Shown: in pieces, positions 58,995-64,000 of the stretch | Layout of the letters: each line of letters opens with the position of its first letter | How positions within the stretch are numbered: position 1 is the first letter of the stretch | NCBI RefSeq assembly: GCF_009914755.1 | Contig: NC_060943.1 | From: the human T2T-CHM13v2.0 reference genome, Homo sapiens | Strand: one strand, 5' to 3' | DNA: 64,000 nucleotides | Notes under the pieces: model-generated | The model's database searches: none | What the model was told of the DNA's origin: nothing | Seen by the model: the letters and a program-made list of their open reading frames with translations, nothing else | Position numbers and translations under genes: made by a program

Positions 58995-60090
58995 GGCTTT
59001 GTTGAGGTATAATTGGCAAATAAAAATTGTATATATTTAAGGTGATACATGCAACATGATGTCTTGACATATGTATACATTGTGAAATAATTGCTACAAT
59101 CAAGCTAATCATCATATCTATCACTTCACACATAGATGCCATTGTGTGTGTGTGGTGAGAACATTTAAAGTCTACTCTCTTAACAAGTTTCAAGCATATA
59201 ATATAGCATTATTAACTTCAGTCACCGTTGCCATACATTAGGTCACCAAAACTTGTTCATCTTATGTAACTGAAACTTATTGCTTCTTGAGCAACATCTC
59301 TCTTAGCCCCCGGCAACCACCATTCTACTCTATGCTTCTATAAGTTTGACTTTCTTAGATTTCTCATGTAAGGGAAATCATGCAGTGTTTGTATTTCTGT
59401 GCCTGTCTTATTTAACCTAGCATAATGTCCTCCAAGTTCATTCATGTTGTCACAAATAACAAGATATCCTACTTTTTAAAGGCTGAATAATATATGCCAT
59501 TGTGTACGCATGGAACACATAGAAATGTTGTCTACATACCACATCTTCATTATCCATTCACTGGTCAATGGACAATTAGGTTTATTCTACCTCTTGGCTA
59601 TTGTGAATAGGGCTGCAATAAATACAGAAGTGAGGATAGTAGTAGAATTGCTGTATCACGCGGTGGTACTACTTTTAATTTTTTGAAGAACCTCCATACT
59701 ATTGTTCATAACGCATTTTTTTTGTTTTGTTTTGTTTTGTTTTTTATGGAATCTCGCTCTATTGCCTAGGCTGGAATGCAGTGTGGCATGATCTCAGCTC
59801 ACTGCAACTTCTGCCTCCAAAGTTCAAGTGATTCTCCTGTCTCAGCCTCCCAAGTAGCTGGGATTACAGGTACCCACCACCACACCCAGCTAATTTTTGC
59901 TTTTTTCGTAGAGACGGAGTTTCACCATGTTGGCCAGGCTGGTCTCGAACTCCCAACCTCAGGTAATCCACTCGCCCTGGCCTCCCAAAGTGCTGGGATT
60001 ACAGGTGTGAGCCACCGCACCCGGCCTGTTGTTCATAATGACTGTACCAATGTTCAATCCCACCAACAGTGTACAAGAGTTTCCTCTCTG
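58995..60090 (-). mobile_element. L1MA-like 3' end, interrupted by an Alu at 59716-60026 (-)
   Basis: gttgaggtataattggcaaataaaaattgtatatatttaaggt; Alu TSD ttgttcataa. Confidence 0.85.
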
Positions 60091-60099
60091 TGTGCCTGC

Positions 60100-62900
<2,801 letters not shown>

Positions 62901-63021
62901 ATATATACACAGTATAAATGTATTCTTTGCTGCTCATTTTTCTCCTGACTTAAAAGACAACTGCTTAAACGAATAATTTAAAACCTATGTGTTTTATCCC
63001 TTTTAATACTATTGTAAATGC

Positions 63022-63702
63022 ATTTTTTCTTTCTTTTTTTTTAAATTATACTTTAGGTTCTGAGTTACATGTTCAGAACATGCAGTTTTGTTACATAGGT
63101 ATACATGTGCCATGGTGGTTTGCTGCACCCATCAACCCATCACCTACATTAGGTATTTCTCCTAATGTTATCCCTCCACTCCCCCGACAGGCCCCAGTGT
63201 GTGATATTCCCCTCCCTGTGTCCATGTGTTCTCATTGTTCAACTCCACTTATGAGTGAGAACATGCGGTGTTTGGTTTTCTGATCTTGTGTTAGTTTGCT
63301 GAGAATGATGGTTTCCTGATTCATCCATGTCCATGCAAAGGACATGAACTCATCCTTTTTTTGTGGCTGCATAGTATTCCATGGTGCATATGTGCCATAT
63401 TTTCTTAATCTAGTCTATCATTGATGGACATTCGGGTTGGTTCCAAGTCTTTACTATTGTGAATAGTGCCACAATAAACATACGTGTACATGTGTCTTTA
63501 TCATAGAATGATTTATAATCCTTTGGGTATATGCCCAGTAATGGGATTGCTGGATCAAATGGTATTTCTAGTTCTAGATCCTTGAGGAATCACCACACTG
63601 TCTTCCACAATGGTTGAACTAATTTACACTCCCACCAACAGTGTAAAAGCATTCCTATTTTTCCACAACCTCTCCAGCATCTGTTGTTTCCTGACTTTTT
63701 AA
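63022..63702 (-). mobile_element. L1PA (approx. PA7-8-like) 5'-truncated 3' end
   Basis: attatacttta.gttct...ttacataggtatacatgtgccatggtggtttgctgcacccatcaacc. Confidence 0.88.
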
Positions 63703-64000
63703 GAATTTTTTCTTGATTTTATTTTCAGAGTGTTCATTGTTAATATATAGACTTGCAAATGATTTTTTATATTGAACTTGTCTCCTGCGACCTTAAAGAA
63801 CTCTTGTATTCATTCTGATAGCTTTTTAGTGGATTCCTTAGTGTTTTATACATAGAAGATTATGTCATTTGTAAATAGAGATAGTTTTACTTCTTCCTTT
63901 CCAATGTGGATGTCTTGTAATTCTTTTTCTTCTCTAATTTCTCTGGCCAGAACCTCCAGTATGGTGTTAAATAGAAGTGGCAAAAGCAGGGAGGCCGAGG

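Overview
This is human genomic DNA; an AluYa5 carrying all five diagnostic bases supports human rather than another primate. Positions ~3.8-36.6 kb hold the 3' part of DPY19L3, an ER C-mannosyltransferase of the Dpy-19 family, on the + strand. There are 11 GT-AG coding exons totalling 1296 nt (431 aa plus stop) that splice in one open frame, followed by a ~3.6 kb 3' UTR. The remaining ~27 kb is intergenic and almost all repeats: Alus, L1/L2/MIR, solo LTRs of the ERV1, ERV2 and MaLR classes, and an AT-rich minisatellite. Nearly all ORF-track entries are repeat-derived or chance. I found no novel gene system. The best non-obvious signals are genome-mechanics footprints: (1) a templated ~240 bp copy of an Alu half plus its flank, pasted 3 kb away with iterated junction repeats; (2) an Alu with a twin-priming-type 5' inversion; (3) an orphan ~87 nt poly(A)+ retrocopy inside an L1; (4) a likely Alu-Alu gene conversion tract; (5) a recent 125 bp tandem duplication; (6) a near-perfect MADE1 hairpin beside competing splice acceptors; and (7) several candidate poison or alternative exons in DPY19L3. 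Repeat family names are from memory of consensus sequences, not from a search, and repeat boundaries without TSDs are approximate.
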